Notes under the pieces: generated by a model
Databases searched by the model: none
What the model saw: only the letters and a program-made list of their open reading frames with translations
What the model was told of the DNA's origin: nothing
Part shown: piece by piece, positions 48,802-58,630 of the stretch
Position numbering within the stretch: the first letter of the stretch is position 1
Layout of the letters: each line of letters opens with the position of its first letter
Made by a program: the position numbers and the translations under genes
Sequence record: NC_052662.1
DNA: 64,000 nucleotides
Origin: Escherichia phage Mt1B1_P17
Reading direction: 5' to 3' (one strand)

Positions 48802-49284
48802 TTAATTTGCTGCTAAACTCGTCATCGCCTGAAGCTGTGTGAACAGTTTTCCGAAACCTCGTTTGAAAAAAGGGCCGTAGTTTACCTCCAGAACTTTAGC
48901 AGTAAGATCTAACACTAGTTCTGGGTGAGCCATAAATAATTCATCAAAATTTTCTGCAACGTTATAACCGTCTTGAGTATAAACCTCATCTAAAATTTTA
49001 CGCAAAAAGACAGTTAAATTCTTTTCTTCCAAACCTGCAAAAAGTTGGATCAATGCCATAGCAATACGTGACTCAAGGTCTTCGTCTGCGGACATTGTTG
49101 CTGTGCTATACATAGTCATAGGAACAACCAGAACACTACCTAATTCTGGAATCCTGTCAAACACTTTAGATGGACTCCACTTCATAATACGGAAAGTAAC
49201 AGATCTGTTTCCATCTAACGGAATCTCAACTACTTCTTCTGGTCGAGCATATTTTTGAATTGTGTTATCTTGTTCTTGTGACAT
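48802..49284 (-). CDS. Tail assembly chaperone
   Basis: 160 aa acidic protein directly upstream of tape measure; contains slippery site 17 codons before stop. Confidence 0.5.
   Translation of the reverse strand: MSQEQDNTIQKYARPEEVVEIPLDGNRSVTFRIMKWSPSKVFDRIPELGSVLVVPMTMYSTATMSADEDLESRIAMALIQLFAGLEEKNLTVFLRKILDEVYTQDGYNVAENFDELFMAHPELVLDLTAKVLEVNYGPFFKRGFGKLFTQLQAMTSLAAN
48865..48874 (-). other. Candidate -1 programmed ribosomal frameshift slippery site
   Basis: Minus-strand CCC TTT TTT C, heptamer T_TTT_TTC in zero frame; -1 frame has no stop until 48536. Confidence 0.45.
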
Positions 49285-49297
49285 ATTTTCCTCTCTA

Positions 49298-49324
49298 ATG
49301 ATAAAAAGGGCATTTCTGCCCTTT
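49298..49324 (-). terminator. Terminator/attenuator hairpin after tail tube gene
   Basis: Minus-strand AAGGGCA-GAA-ATGCCCTT followed by TTTATC. Confidence 0.45.
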
Positions 49325-49329
49325 ATTTA

Positions 49330-49809
49330 TTATTGAATTGTCAGAGCAGAGATTGAGTTAAGGGTGCTCAAACCTACACCAACTTCATTACGCAGAAGGC
49401 TTGCATCTTTAAGACCAATAACCCATTGGTTCTCTGTAATCATTTCGCCAATAGTATCTTCAGGCTGACTTTGAATCCATCCAATCGTGCTAATGTAATA
49501 GCCACGTGGGTCTTCTAAATAAACACTGAACGCTACTTGACGAGTAGAATACATTGTTTGTGCATATGTTGCAAGTACTTCGTTAGCTGGAGATGTGCGT
49601 TGCAAAGACATTGTGAGTGTTCCCAAACGGTTACGACTCAAAGCTAGTGAAACGTCGCCATCAGTCCCTGCATAAGGGTTGATAATATCGTTAGATTTAG
49701 CAATAACGATTTTAGTATCAGCCGCAAAACCCCACGGTTCCCAACCACCTAATGAAAGGATAACTTGAGATGGGTCGTAGGCCATTACGCCAGTAAGCAT
49801 TTTATCCAT
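49330..49809 (-). CDS. Tail tube protein
   Basis: 159 aa; between sheath and chaperones. Confidence 0.45.
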   Translation of the reverse strand: MDKMLTGVMAYDPSQVILSLGGWEPWGFAADTKIVIAKSNDIINPYAGTDGDVSLALSRNRLGTLTMSLQRTSPANEVLATYAQTMYSTRQVAFSVYLEDPRGYYISTIGWIQSQPEDTIGEMITENQWVIGLKDASLLRNEVGVGLSTLNSISALTIQ

Positions 49810-49855
49810 TATAGATCCTCTTTATTTTGATAACGGGGGCTTAACCCCCGCCGTA

Positions 49856-51229
49856 TTAGTTTGCAGTACGGTTAGTCAGGACGTTGACCTGAACTTTAAC
49901 GTAATGGAAGAAGCCAGCGTAAACATATTCAATCTTCATCCCATCTACCAGACGAGCATTGATTTGCGCATCGGTCATATCGGCACGAGAAGGAATATAA
50001 ACAATAGGTTTCAGATCGACACGCAAACCAGTCTCTTCAGAAGTAACAACTTCATTAGCGATGGAACCGTTGAGGATACCTACTTGGATCGGGTTAGCCA
50101 GAACAGCTTGTCGAATCAAAGCCAGACCGTTTGAAGTAGCACGAACACCACCACCCAGCATAGACTGTTGTTTAAACAGTGTAAACAGTGATTCTTCTGT
50201 GCGAGCTTTAAACCACAAAGCATGAACAACATAGTCAACAAAGAAACCGCTAACCATCAATCCATCACGATAGAACAGAGTTCCATGCTCTTTACGATAG
50301 ATGTTGCCGTTCTGTTGAACAATATTGTTTTCCGAAGTCTGATCCAGTTTCTCGATCTCTACACCTACCAGTGTTTTACCGTGAAGAGTAGTTAAACCAG
50401 GTTGACGAGAACAGATTGCACCAACAACTGCTGCTTCTGGGAATACAGAATCTGCATCGGTCATCCACAAAGCAAAGCAAGTGTTATTATAACCGAGGTC
50501 ATTCAGTCGTTCCAGAACGTTATCTTCTGCTTTCGTTTTAATTCCAGGTTCAGAGCTAGAGAAGAAGTAAACTTTATCATTCTCTTCTACCCATGCAGCC
50601 AAAGCTAGAACATCTTCTGTTTCATGGGAATCTGAAAGGGTCCAGAACCAGCTACTATCGATATCATGCAGAGCAGCAATATCTTCCGTAATAGCATTAG
50701 CATAGACAGTTTCTTGAGTGAAACCTGTGCTGTCAATAGAACCAAACTTACCTTCTACTGGAGTGAAAGTCATTGCAGCGCCGTTGTTAGCTACTGTAAA
50801 CAGTGGGCCATAAACAAGATCTGCATTGATCATTTCAGTCAGACCAACTACAATCTCTTGTGCAGTTGCAGTGTCATCAGCAATGAATTTAAATTCTTTT
50901 TTCTTGGTACCATTTTTGATGGTAATTGTGTAAGTTGCACTATCTTCTACGATTGGAGTTAGAGTAAAGTTTGTAACTTCACGCTTACCAACCATGACTT
51001 GATCTGGTGGGAACAAACCGTTAAACAGTTTGACTGCCATAATATACGCTGGATCATTTAATCCATAACCTGCTTCCAAAAGTGCATCGGAAGAAGAGTA
51101 ATATTGAATCGCTTCGCCAGTTACGTTCTGACCTGTAAGGATCAGGGGAATATCGAACTGGGTTTCACGAATTGATGTAGCACCATACAGTAAAGTTACG
51201 GTTGCTACCTTTTCACGAAAAGTTGCCAT
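49856..51229 (-). CDS. Tail sheath protein
   Basis: 457 aa; immediately upstream of tube gene. Confidence 0.5.
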   Translation of the reverse strand: MATFREKVATVTLLYGATSIRETQFDIPLILTGQNVTGEAIQYYSSSDALLEAGYGLNDPAYIMAVKLFNGLFPPDQVMVGKREVTNFTLTPIVEDSATYTITIKNGTKKKEFKFIADDTATAQEIVVGLTEMINADLVYGPLFTVANNGAAMTFTPVEGKFGSIDSTGFTQETVYANAITEDIAALHDIDSSWFWTLSDSHETEDVLALAAWVEENDKVYFFSSSEPGIKTKAEDNVLERLNDLGYNNTCFALWMTDADSVFPEAAVVGAICSRQPGLTTLHGKTLVGVEIEKLDQTSENNIVQQNGNIYRKEHGTLFYRDGLMVSGFFVDYVVHALWFKARTEESLFTLFKQQSMLGGGVRATSNGLALIRQAVLANPIQVGILNGSIANEVVTSEETGLRVDLKPIVYIPSRADMTDAQINARLVDGMKIEYVYAGFFHYVKVQVNVLTNRTAN

Positions 51230-51263
51230 TTATGCTCCTGTTAGAAACTTAATTCCAATGAGT

Positions 51264-51923
51264 TTATTCGGTAGGGTTGTTAAATAATGATCCATTTTGA
51301 TTGACTGACGAGTATTCGCCTGGAACCAAAGTAATTGCATAAACCCTGTTTAGAATTAAATCTAAAGGGATAGGATCATTGTAACTATCTCTGAATGAAC
51401 GGATGTGCATGTTGATTGCTTCTATTGGTGTAGTAGCAATATCTTCAATACTCATACGAGTGTTGAACGTCATAACCATACGCGCTCTTAATTCAGTCTT
51501 ATCTCCGTCTACAATTGTATTGGCTTGAGCTATATTGGAGGCTCCTAAAAAACCAAGACCTTTAGAATAGAGATGTTTGTATTTTAATTCCTCTGCACCA
51601 CGGAGAGCAGCCAGAACATAGCTCATCAAAGTGGTAGGTCTTCCACGATAGGCTACAAGTTCAATCTCGTAGGTATTATCCATCTCGTAGGAATACATAT
51701 CATTTTGAATAGAGCTTCGGTAAGACCAACCTCCAGAATCGCTGGAAGTGATAATACGTAGTGCTAGGTAAGGAGTATCCGGTTTAATGAATGGCTTATC
51801 CATAACATAGACTGGCAACCCCACTAATTCTTGAAGGAAGCCACCTATATTTAAGTAGATGGCATTTTCGTATGCTTCTATTTGTTGGTAAATATTAGCC
51901 AAAGTTTCCTCCTTCTGTTCCAT
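51264..51923 (-). CDS. Head-tail joining/tail completion protein
   Basis: ORF, 219 aa; gene order. Confidence 0.35.
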   Translation of the reverse strand: MEQKEETLANIYQQIEAYENAIYLNIGGFLQELVGLPVYVMDKPFIKPDTPYLALRIITSSDSGGWSYRSSIQNDMYSYEMDNTYEIELVAYRGRPTTLMSYVLAALRGAEELKYKHLYSKGLGFLGASNIAQANTIVDGDKTELRARMVMTFNTRMSIEDIATTPIEAINMHIRSFRDSYNDPIPLDLILNRVYAITLVPGEYSSVNQNGSLFNNPTE

Positions 51924-52344
51924 AAGACCAGGAGTTGTTTTGATCGTCTAATATTGCAACACAGTGATGATGGACTAAGAAAGATGTTCTGGTCCAATCT
52001 TTAAGGGAATAAACAGAATACCATTTACCATCTATCAATATCTGATCTGATAACTGTTCTGTTCCTTGTTGTAACCCCTTCATTTCTGTTTTAGTCCAGA
52101 AACTATATTGAGCCTTAGATCTGTAACCTTCGGGTAGTGCATTCAGTGTTTTACCAGATATCGGTTGTAAGCTTGCCGCTTCAATAGTAAATGGTTCATA
52201 TTCTACACTACTTTCTAAGTTAGCAATAACTGAACCAACGGCCTCTTTGTAGACTCGTCTACGACCTTGGTATTCAGTTAGATCAAGGAGAGTAAATTGA
52301 TCTAGTAACACTTGTATCTCCTTTTTAGTATACATCAAAAACAA
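51895..52344 (-). CDS. Neck/head-tail connector protein
   Basis: ORF; track start is TTG, an in-frame ATG lies 9 nt downstream (52335). Confidence 0.35.
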   Translation of the reverse strand: MFLMYTKKEIQVLLDQFTLLDLTEYQGRRRVYKEAVGSVIANLESSVEYEPFTIEAASLQPISGKTLNALPEGYRSKAQYSFWTKTEMKGLQQGTEQLSDQILIDGKWYSVYSLKDWTRTSFLVHHHCVAILDDQNNSWSYGTEGGNFG

Positions 52345-52356
52345 AGTTTATGCAAG

Positions 52357-52845
52357 TTATTTTTTAGACTTGCTTTTTGTGATTTTTGTTTCGATTGCAT
52401 TTATCATGTGTGCCGTATCTATTAAGATATGATTAGAATAGTTGCCTTTATCTTGTCGTATCTTAATTGTCACAGGAGATAAAGGACGATAACGTTGCAT
52501 TGCAATCGCTTGAGCTATTCCTTCTCTAGAGGCTCTCGCTATAGGCTCAAAAACAGCTAACCCGACATTATTCAGTAAGTAATTTGCAAACACCTGCTTC
52601 ATCTTTTTAGCGATATTGTTCTGTGAGATAACAGCACCATCTGTTATAAAAGGGCGAGCAGGTATGTTATTTGTTTCATTACCATATTGTTGAATAGCTG
52701 CTATTGCAGGAATAGTGAGATCTGATTCAGGATGCCTTTTGTTTGTTAAAAAACCAGCTTCGATTTGAACTTGTTCAAGGTCCATCATCTTTTTGATAAT
52801 GGTTTCCCAATCTGTATCGTCACCTGGTAAGATCTCACTTTCCAT
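52357..52845 (-). CDS. Neck/head-tail connector protein
   Basis: ORF, 162 aa. Confidence 0.35.
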   Translation of the reverse strand: MESEILPGDDTDWETIIKKMMDLEQVQIEAGFLTNKRHPESDLTIPAIAAIQQYGNETNNIPARPFITDGAVISQNNIAKKMKQVFANYLLNNVGLAVFEPIARASREGIAQAIAMQRYRPLSPVTIKIRQDKGNYSNHILIDTAHMINAIETKITKSKSKK

Positions 52846-53393
52846 TATTTGTCCCTACGATAAAAAGAAACAGGTCCGTAATTTCGCAAATAATTAACGT
52901 TGCGTGTATTACGATCAACACTTGCAACATTACCAAGACCATTTACAGAGTTAGGATCGCTGTTTACTCGATCAATCTCACGAGCATCCACACCGCCAAT
53001 AAGAACTTTGCTGGTTGCTCCTCGTCCTGCCGTGCACCCAGGGATCACCATAAGACCATTTAAATAGTTATGATAGATATCTTCCCACGGAGATTTATAA
53101 GTGACTTGACCGTTGTTAAATTTAACTTCAACTTCGACTTCACCCATCTTTTCTCTGCGGGACATAGCTCCTCCTGTTTGAGTACTGTTGTTAAGAACAT
53201 CGTTGTTCCATAAATACTCTAAAACAGAAATCAAGCTGTTCCACAATACTGCACACTTATCCTTATCTTCATTCCCTATGATATCAATCCAAGTTTGGAT
53301 GATCTGAATCAGCATTGCATCTGGCAATACTTCTTGAGAAGGGTTATAAACAAGAATTCGGATCAGTGGTGCCAACTCTACCGCATTCAGCAT
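52845..53393 (-). CDS. Head completion/adaptor protein
   Basis: ORF, 182 aa. Confidence 0.35.
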   Translation of the reverse strand: MLNAVELAPLIRILVYNPSQEVLPDAMLIQIIQTWIDIIGNEDKDKCAVLWNSLISVLEYLWNNDVLNNSTQTGGAMSRREKMGEVEVEVKFNNGQVTYKSPWEDIYHNYLNGLMVIPGCTAGRGATSKVLIGGVDAREIDRVNSDPNSVNGLGNVASVDRNTRNVNYLRNYGPVSFYRRDK

Positions 53394-53402
53394 AAGCCCA
53401 CC

Positions 53403-53801
53403 TTATTTTTTACGAAGGGAACGTTTTTTAGCTGGAGTGTCTACCGCTTCTACTTTTAAAACTTCTTCTTTGATTTTTACAGGTGCATAGTCTTCGTAAC
53501 TTACAAGATAGTAACCCATGTGTTCTTCACTTGCAAAAGGATGCACAAGAATACCTGTTTCTTCTCTCAAACGCGTGAGGAAGTGAATGAAGTTTCCACC
53601 TAATGCAATACGACCATCTTTCAGATAGAAAGACATTGGTGGCGCAGATACTAATGTTTTATCAGCATCAATCAGTGGTGAAAGCGATTCGAAATCACGA
53701 ATCATTTCGTGATAACTAAAGTAACGTTTCAATTCTGGGTTTGACATATCAATCTCCTCATTGTAAACTCTTATTGTAAACAGAAAAGGCTCGCCCATCA
53801 C
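53403..53801 (-). CDS. Hypothetical head-associated protein
   Basis: ORF, 132 aa. Confidence 0.35.
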   Translation of the reverse strand: MMGEPFLFTIRVYNEEIDMSNPELKRYFSYHEMIRDFESLSPLIDADKTLVSAPPMSFYLKDGRIALGGNFIHFLTRLREETGILVHPFASEEHMGYYLVSYEDYAPVKIKEEVLKVEAVDTPAKKRSLRKK

Positions 53802-53831
53802 GGACGAGCCTCTAATATTAACAGAGTTCTA

Positions 53832-54833
53832 TTAAGCCGTAGTCAGTTTAACTACCAGTTCTGGACGGGTGTTAACTGCGAGCAGCGAGAATTCAGACTG
53901 AAGCTGAATAGTGCGGTGCTGGCTGATCATGAAGGTATACAGTTCACGAGCCTGGGTGTTAGCCAGTTCTGGAGTATCCGCAGGAGCGTAGTGCGCCTGG
54001 AACATACCTTCGATACCCATAGGCAGAACATATGCTTCACCAGCAGGGATGTTACCGTGGATATCTTCAATGTAAGTTACACCGTTCCATTCGAACACCT
54101 GAACATCCATGTTACCGCTAAGGCGGTCACGCAGAAGGTTAGGAGTTCCCTGGAAATACTGATATGCCTGGCGAACAAATGGAGAGTTAACCAGAGATGC
54201 GAAAAACTCACGAGAACACAGAGCTACGATACGGGTAGCGGTAGAGCCATCTTGTTTAGTATCGATGATGTAAGCACGAGCTTCTTGTTCGATAGTGGCT
54301 GCTGGAGAAACAGTGGTAGAAGCAAAGTCTACAGCAACAGATTTCTGGGTAGCACCCCATTCGGTATACCAGTTGTATGCAGAGTTAGCTGCACCACCTA
54401 CGCCGTTATAGGCACGACCCATAACTGCTTCTGCAAAGATTTTCTCTTTGGTTTTTGCTACGTCACGCAGAATCTGGGACATATAGCGGTTAACAACTTC
54501 AGCGTCTGTGCGCAGAGAGTCATTGATTCCTGCCATTGCAAAGCTACGGAAAGATTGAATATCTTGAGCTTTGATGTTTTTATCCAGAGGGAAGAACGGA
54601 ATGCGGAACGCTTTCAGTTCTGGATTTTTCATGGTCAGGAAGTTACGCTCACCACCACGCTCACGAGCGGAGATCAGAGCATCTTCAGCTTTTTCTTTAC
54701 CAATTTCAATAGCGGTAGTTGAATGATAGTCAACACTGAACAGATTCAGGCTGGCAATCAGTGTATCAGGGGAATCCTGAAGTTCGATCATAGGGCTGAA
54801 ATCTACAACCTGATCTAAAATTACTGCTGGCAT
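53832..54833 (-). CDS. Major capsid protein
   Basis: 333 aa; downstream of portal and scaffold in head module; preceded by strong RBS. Confidence 0.5.
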   Translation of the reverse strand: MPAVILDQVVDFSPMIELQDSPDTLIASLNLFSVDYHSTTAIEIGKEKAEDALISARERGGERNFLTMKNPELKAFRIPFFPLDKNIKAQDIQSFRSFAMAGINDSLRTDAEVVNRYMSQILRDVAKTKEKIFAEAVMGRAYNGVGGAANSAYNWYTEWGATQKSVAVDFASTTVSPAATIEQEARAYIIDTKQDGSTATRIVALCSREFFASLVNSPFVRQAYQYFQGTPNLLRDRLSGNMDVQVFEWNGVTYIEDIHGNIPAGEAYVLPMGIEGMFQAHYAPADTPELANTQARELYTFMISQHRTIQLQSEFSLLAVNTRPELVVKLTTA

Positions 54834-54854
54834 TATATTAATCTCCTATTAAAA

Positions 54855-55253
54855 TTAAGAAGTGAAAACGACTTTTTCGGTCAGTTTCAGATCATGTGTT
54901 TCCAGTGCTGCTACGCCAGCGTCATCTACCAGGGAGCCATCTTTGTAGTATACTGCAAAGCGGTTCAGAGTAAGATCACGTACGCCAACAACTGCGGTGA
55001 AAGTGTCACCTACTGCTACATCGTCAATACCGAACAGAGCATCAGTCCAAATCAGAACTTTAGCAGCATCGGCAGCTTCAGCTTTAGCAGCTTCAGTGTT
55101 GTCAGCTTTCAGGATAGAACCAATTTTCATGGTTGCTGTTTTAACCAGGTTAACTTCACGTACACAGTGTCCAAGGTCAGAGCTAAACACTCCACCCAGA
55201 ACCAGGTGTCCGAATTCCTGGCGAGAGTTAGATAAAGTAATTCCTTTAGCCAT
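54855..55253 (-). CDS. Capsid-associated protein (decoration or stabilisation)
   Basis: 132 aa between scaffold and major capsid genes. Confidence 0.4.
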   Translation of the reverse strand: MAKGITLSNSRQEFGHLVLGGVFSSDLGHCVREVNLVKTATMKIGSILKADNTEAAKAEAADAAKVLIWTDALFGIDDVAVGDTFTAVVGVRDLTLNRFAVYYKDGSLVDDAGVAALETHDLKLTEKVVFTS

Positions 55254-55272
55254 TTAATTTAATCTCCTAAGA

Positions 55273-56388
55273 TTATTGTTTCTGGGCTTTTTTAAGTTCA
55301 GCAGCTTTCTGACTAATCAGTTCAGAAGAAGATTTAGCTACAGGTTGAGTATTGATCACGTCAACACCACGTTCTGTTCCAAATTCTTTCTTAACTGCGT
55401 CCACTTCTGCACGTGCTTTTTCGAATGCTTTGACGATAGTTTCAGCGATATCTTTATTGTCTACCAGATATTTAACGAGAGCTTCAACTTTGTCTTCTTC
55501 TACGAAAGAATAGGATTTAACAACAGTTGTATATTCTTCTTCGATACGAGCTTGTTCAGCTTTACGAAGTTCTTCTGCTTCCTGTTCTGCCTTAGCGATT
55601 TTTTCCTGTGCTTCAAGTTCTGCGGCTGCACGTGCATCTGCGGCTGCTTTTTCTACAGCTTCAGCGATCTGTGCTTTCATCAGTTCTTGGAATTCAGCAG
55701 ATTTCAGGAATTCTTCTTTGTTGATATTTTCCAAAGGGGTTTCTCCTTTATTGATTCCAGTTGTGTTTGCAGATTTATCACCTGCGGGGTTAGCCTCTGC
55801 ATCCACAGAGTTTGTATTAGCTTTAGCGTGAGCTTTCACTAAATAATCTTTAACTTGACTTTGTTTCAAGGAACTCTTAACGAGATTACTCAAAGCATCG
55901 TCTAAAACGTCCTCAAAGAAATCAATGGAGATCATTACATCACCATCAACAACTTGATAATCAGTAACACGAACAACAGGTTTAGCAACCTCTTCAACTT
56001 CAACATTCAGTCCGTCAACTTTAAAGCCAACAGAGAACATACCGTTATCTGAACAGAAAATTGCAACGTTCGCATCGAAGTCAGCATCAATAACGTAAAC
56101 CCAATCCCAACCAGCTTCAAATTTTTCACGCACTTTTTCAGAAATGCGATCCATCACTTGTTGAATATAGCTTTTACGTAACTCTGTAACATCTTCTCCC
56201 ATTTTAGTGAGAGCTTCTAACTTTTCAAAAGTTATGTCTGGAGATCCGTCTGACTTAAATAAAAGGGGGGTATTGTAACCAGATGCCGCTCCACCTTGAA
56301 AATCAAAAGTGTAAGCAATATGAGCACCTAGTGACTCTTCCGTAGCTTTTCCAGAAAAGTCTACGTTAGTTAAATATGTATTTGCCAC
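55273..56388 (-). CDS. Scaffold-like protein
   Basis: 371 aa with C-terminal charged coiled-coil (AAELEAQEKIAKAEQEAEELRKAEQ). Confidence 0.4.
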   Translation of the reverse strand: MANTYLTNVDFSGKATEESLGAHIAYTFDFQGGAASGYNTPLLFKSDGSPDITFEKLEALTKMGEDVTELRKSYIQQVMDRISEKVREKFEAGWDWVYVIDADFDANVAIFCSDNGMFSVGFKVDGLNVEVEEVAKPVVRVTDYQVVDGDVMISIDFFEDVLDDALSNLVKSSLKQSQVKDYLVKAHAKANTNSVDAEANPAGDKSANTTGINKGETPLENINKEEFLKSAEFQELMKAQIAEAVEKAAADARAAAELEAQEKIAKAEQEAEELRKAEQARIEEEYTTVVKSYSFVEEDKVEALVKYLVDNKDIAETIVKAFEKARAEVDAVKKEFGTERGVDVINTQPVAKSSSELISQKAAELKKAQKQ

Positions 56389-56390
56389 GA

Positions 56391-56870
56391 TTAGTCCTTC
56401 TTGACTTTAACGCCCATTGCGCCTATACTCAAACCTTTAAGAACGCCGTCTTTACGAGCTTGATATAATTCAGGGTCGTTGAATTGGATTTTAACGAGGG
56501 GAGTTCCTTCCACAACGAGTTCGTCACCAATGTAACAATCGACTTCATTTACCCAAGCTTTAATTGGAGAAAACTTATCGGTGTTCTTCATGTGACCAAG
56601 ATTACCACTAATGTTGGTAATATTCTCATTGAAGTTGTCAACCATCTTCCTGATTTCCAAATCAGACATGCGCTCTCCGTGGAGATCGTCTTCTTCAGGT
56701 GGACAATACAAGACCTCAATAACCTGCATCTTTTCTTCATCAAATTTATTTTGTTTGACTAGAGTTTCAGGTTTTTGAGATGGTATAGAATCTTGTTGGG
56801 ATTCAGAATTCTCTTTAAAACCAGCGAAGGTTTTGAAGAGTTCCCACAGTGTATCTTTATTGAGTTCCAT
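56391..56870 (-). CDS. Head morphogenesis protein (possible prohead protease)
   Basis: 159 aa; between portal and scaffold. Confidence 0.35.
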   Translation of the reverse strand: MELNKDTLWELFKTFAGFKENSESQQDSIPSQKPETLVKQNKFDEEKMQVIEVLYCPPEEDDLHGERMSDLEIRKMVDNFNENITNISGNLGHMKNTDKFSPIKAWVNEVDCYIGDELVVEGTPLVKIQFNDPELYQARKDGVLKGLSIGAMGVKVKKD

Positions 56871-56963
56871 TTGAAACCTCTTAAAAACAGATATCCCATA
56901 AATCTTAGTCTACAGGATATTTGTTGTTTTGTCAATAGAAAAATTAAAAAATATTAAATATTT

Positions 56964-58529
56964 TTAATTCGACAGGTTTTGTGCTGAAGGATCTAAAGCA
57001 GAAACAGTATCAGATGTTCCAGTTCCCGCTGTAGCTAAACCATCTCCTGATCGTGAAGTTTTGTCAGGCATATAGTTATCCATGAATTCAAAGAATTTCT
57101 CTTTATTGGCAACAATATCATCAGGGATGCGATATTCAAAACCAATTTTTTCAAGAAACTCGTTAATAACTTCTGGGGTTAAAGGTATTGCACCAGAGGC
57201 TACCAACTGCTGAATAGCTTTAGCATTTACTTCAATATCAGGATCACCCATTTCACCACTGACAAACTTAGGCATATCTTCATCAGAAAGGAAGATATTG
57301 TTTAGTCGTAGTGTTTGAGGGATCAGTTGAGAGTTTATAGCTTCTACAACAATATCTACATCTCGCTCAATAAAATGAGACAATAGTGTTTGTTTGTTGT
57401 CAGAAAGCGCAAAACTTCCTGCGTCACCATCACCCATAATCAACACACCCGCACCAAAGCGGTTATAAATATCCAGTTTACGTTGTTTGATTAGTGCTTG
57501 AGTGTCAAACTGTTTACCCGTGCCATCAACACCTTGGAATACAAGATCGTATTGACGCATCACTGTGCCTTCATAAACGTCTGAAGGCAACACCATGTAG
57601 GCTTGCTCACCAGAGTGCAGGTTAGCGATGTTGGCTTGGAGAACTCGAAGAGATTGTGCTTCATCCCCCGCAGGATCTAAAGATGCCCTGTTTAGAATGT
57701 CACTTGGAACCTTAAGAACTGGCATACCGCCTAAATCTTTAGATACCCCAATAACCTCAAATTCCTGAATAAGAGATTTTTCACGCCAGCTACGATATAC
57801 AGCTAAAAGCGGACTAACTCCTAATGGGTTATTCTCTGTAATGTTGCTACCAACAAATAAAACTTTACTGAAAGGAATTTCTTTAATACCCGTTTCTAAA
57901 GTTGTATTACCTGGAGCTAACATCGTATTGGTGATATTCTGGTTAACAGATAGAATAGAACGTCCGTCTGCCGAATATGTAAAAGGTTGAGCCATGTGAA
58001 GAGTGTCTTGTGGTCTAAAAGCCAGTTTGGTTAATCGCCAATACCCAAAGTAAGGACTTTTAGGGTCTTCATCCAACTCATAAACTTTCTCTGCGAATGC
58101 AAAACCGTATTGCTTATATGTCAAAAGTGATCTAACATATTGACGTAGAGGGGCTTGCATATTGCGCAACATGTAATCAATAAACTTAGCAGCTTTTCTT
58201 GACTTTGCCGAGTTTACATTGTATTTTATCTTGAAATCAAAGAATGCTCTATCTACAAAGATATATGTAGCGTCAAGAGCAGTAGCTACATCAGGGTCTT
58301 CACCCATCTCTTTAAAAGTGCGAATACATTCTGGGAAACGAGTCTCATAAGGTTGCATGAAATTCGTAAATGCTTTGATTGAGTTTAATCCGATCGTTCC
58401 TATTTCAGGTGACAGGAGTAACGTTTTCTCTTTCTCTGCCTCTTTTGTTGGAGAGAGAGCAGCTTTATTTGCAGCACCTTTGTCCCAGTATTCTGACTTT
58501 TTAGTGTACGTTCTTTTTCCTGTTGACAC
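56964..58529 (-). CDS. Portal protein
   Basis: 521 aa immediately downstream of large terminase. Confidence 0.5.
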   Translation of the reverse strand: MSTGKRTYTKKSEYWDKGAANKAALSPTKEAEKEKTLLLSPEIGTIGLNSIKAFTNFMQPYETRFPECIRTFKEMGEDPDVATALDATYIFVDRAFFDFKIKYNVNSAKSRKAAKFIDYMLRNMQAPLRQYVRSLLTYKQYGFAFAEKVYELDEDPKSPYFGYWRLTKLAFRPQDTLHMAQPFTYSADGRSILSVNQNITNTMLAPGNTTLETGIKEIPFSKVLFVGSNITENNPLGVSPLLAVYRSWREKSLIQEFEVIGVSKDLGGMPVLKVPSDILNRASLDPAGDEAQSLRVLQANIANLHSGEQAYMVLPSDVYEGTVMRQYDLVFQGVDGTGKQFDTQALIKQRKLDIYNRFGAGVLIMGDGDAGSFALSDNKQTLLSHFIERDVDIVVEAINSQLIPQTLRLNNIFLSDEDMPKFVSGEMGDPDIEVNAKAIQQLVASGAIPLTPEVINEFLEKIGFEYRIPDDIVANKEKFFEFMDNYMPDKTSRSGDGLATAGTGTSDTVSALDPSAQNLSN

Positions 58530-58630
58530 TTGTTCCTCCAGTCAGGTATAAAATCGTTAAGGCAAGGCTGTATTATATACAACCTCACCTATCTAGTTAT
58601 AATACACTTTAAAGTGACTTTTGTCAACAA

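Noticed and set aside
53916-54722. 268-aa plus-strand ORF
   Set aside because: Lies entirely antisense within the major capsid gene in a uniformly minus-strand structural operon; Cys/Arg-rich composition typical of antisense artefacts
55276-55842. 188-aa plus-strand ORF rich in Phe/Cys/Ser
   Set aside because: Antisense to the scaffold-like gene; low-complexity composition, no RBS
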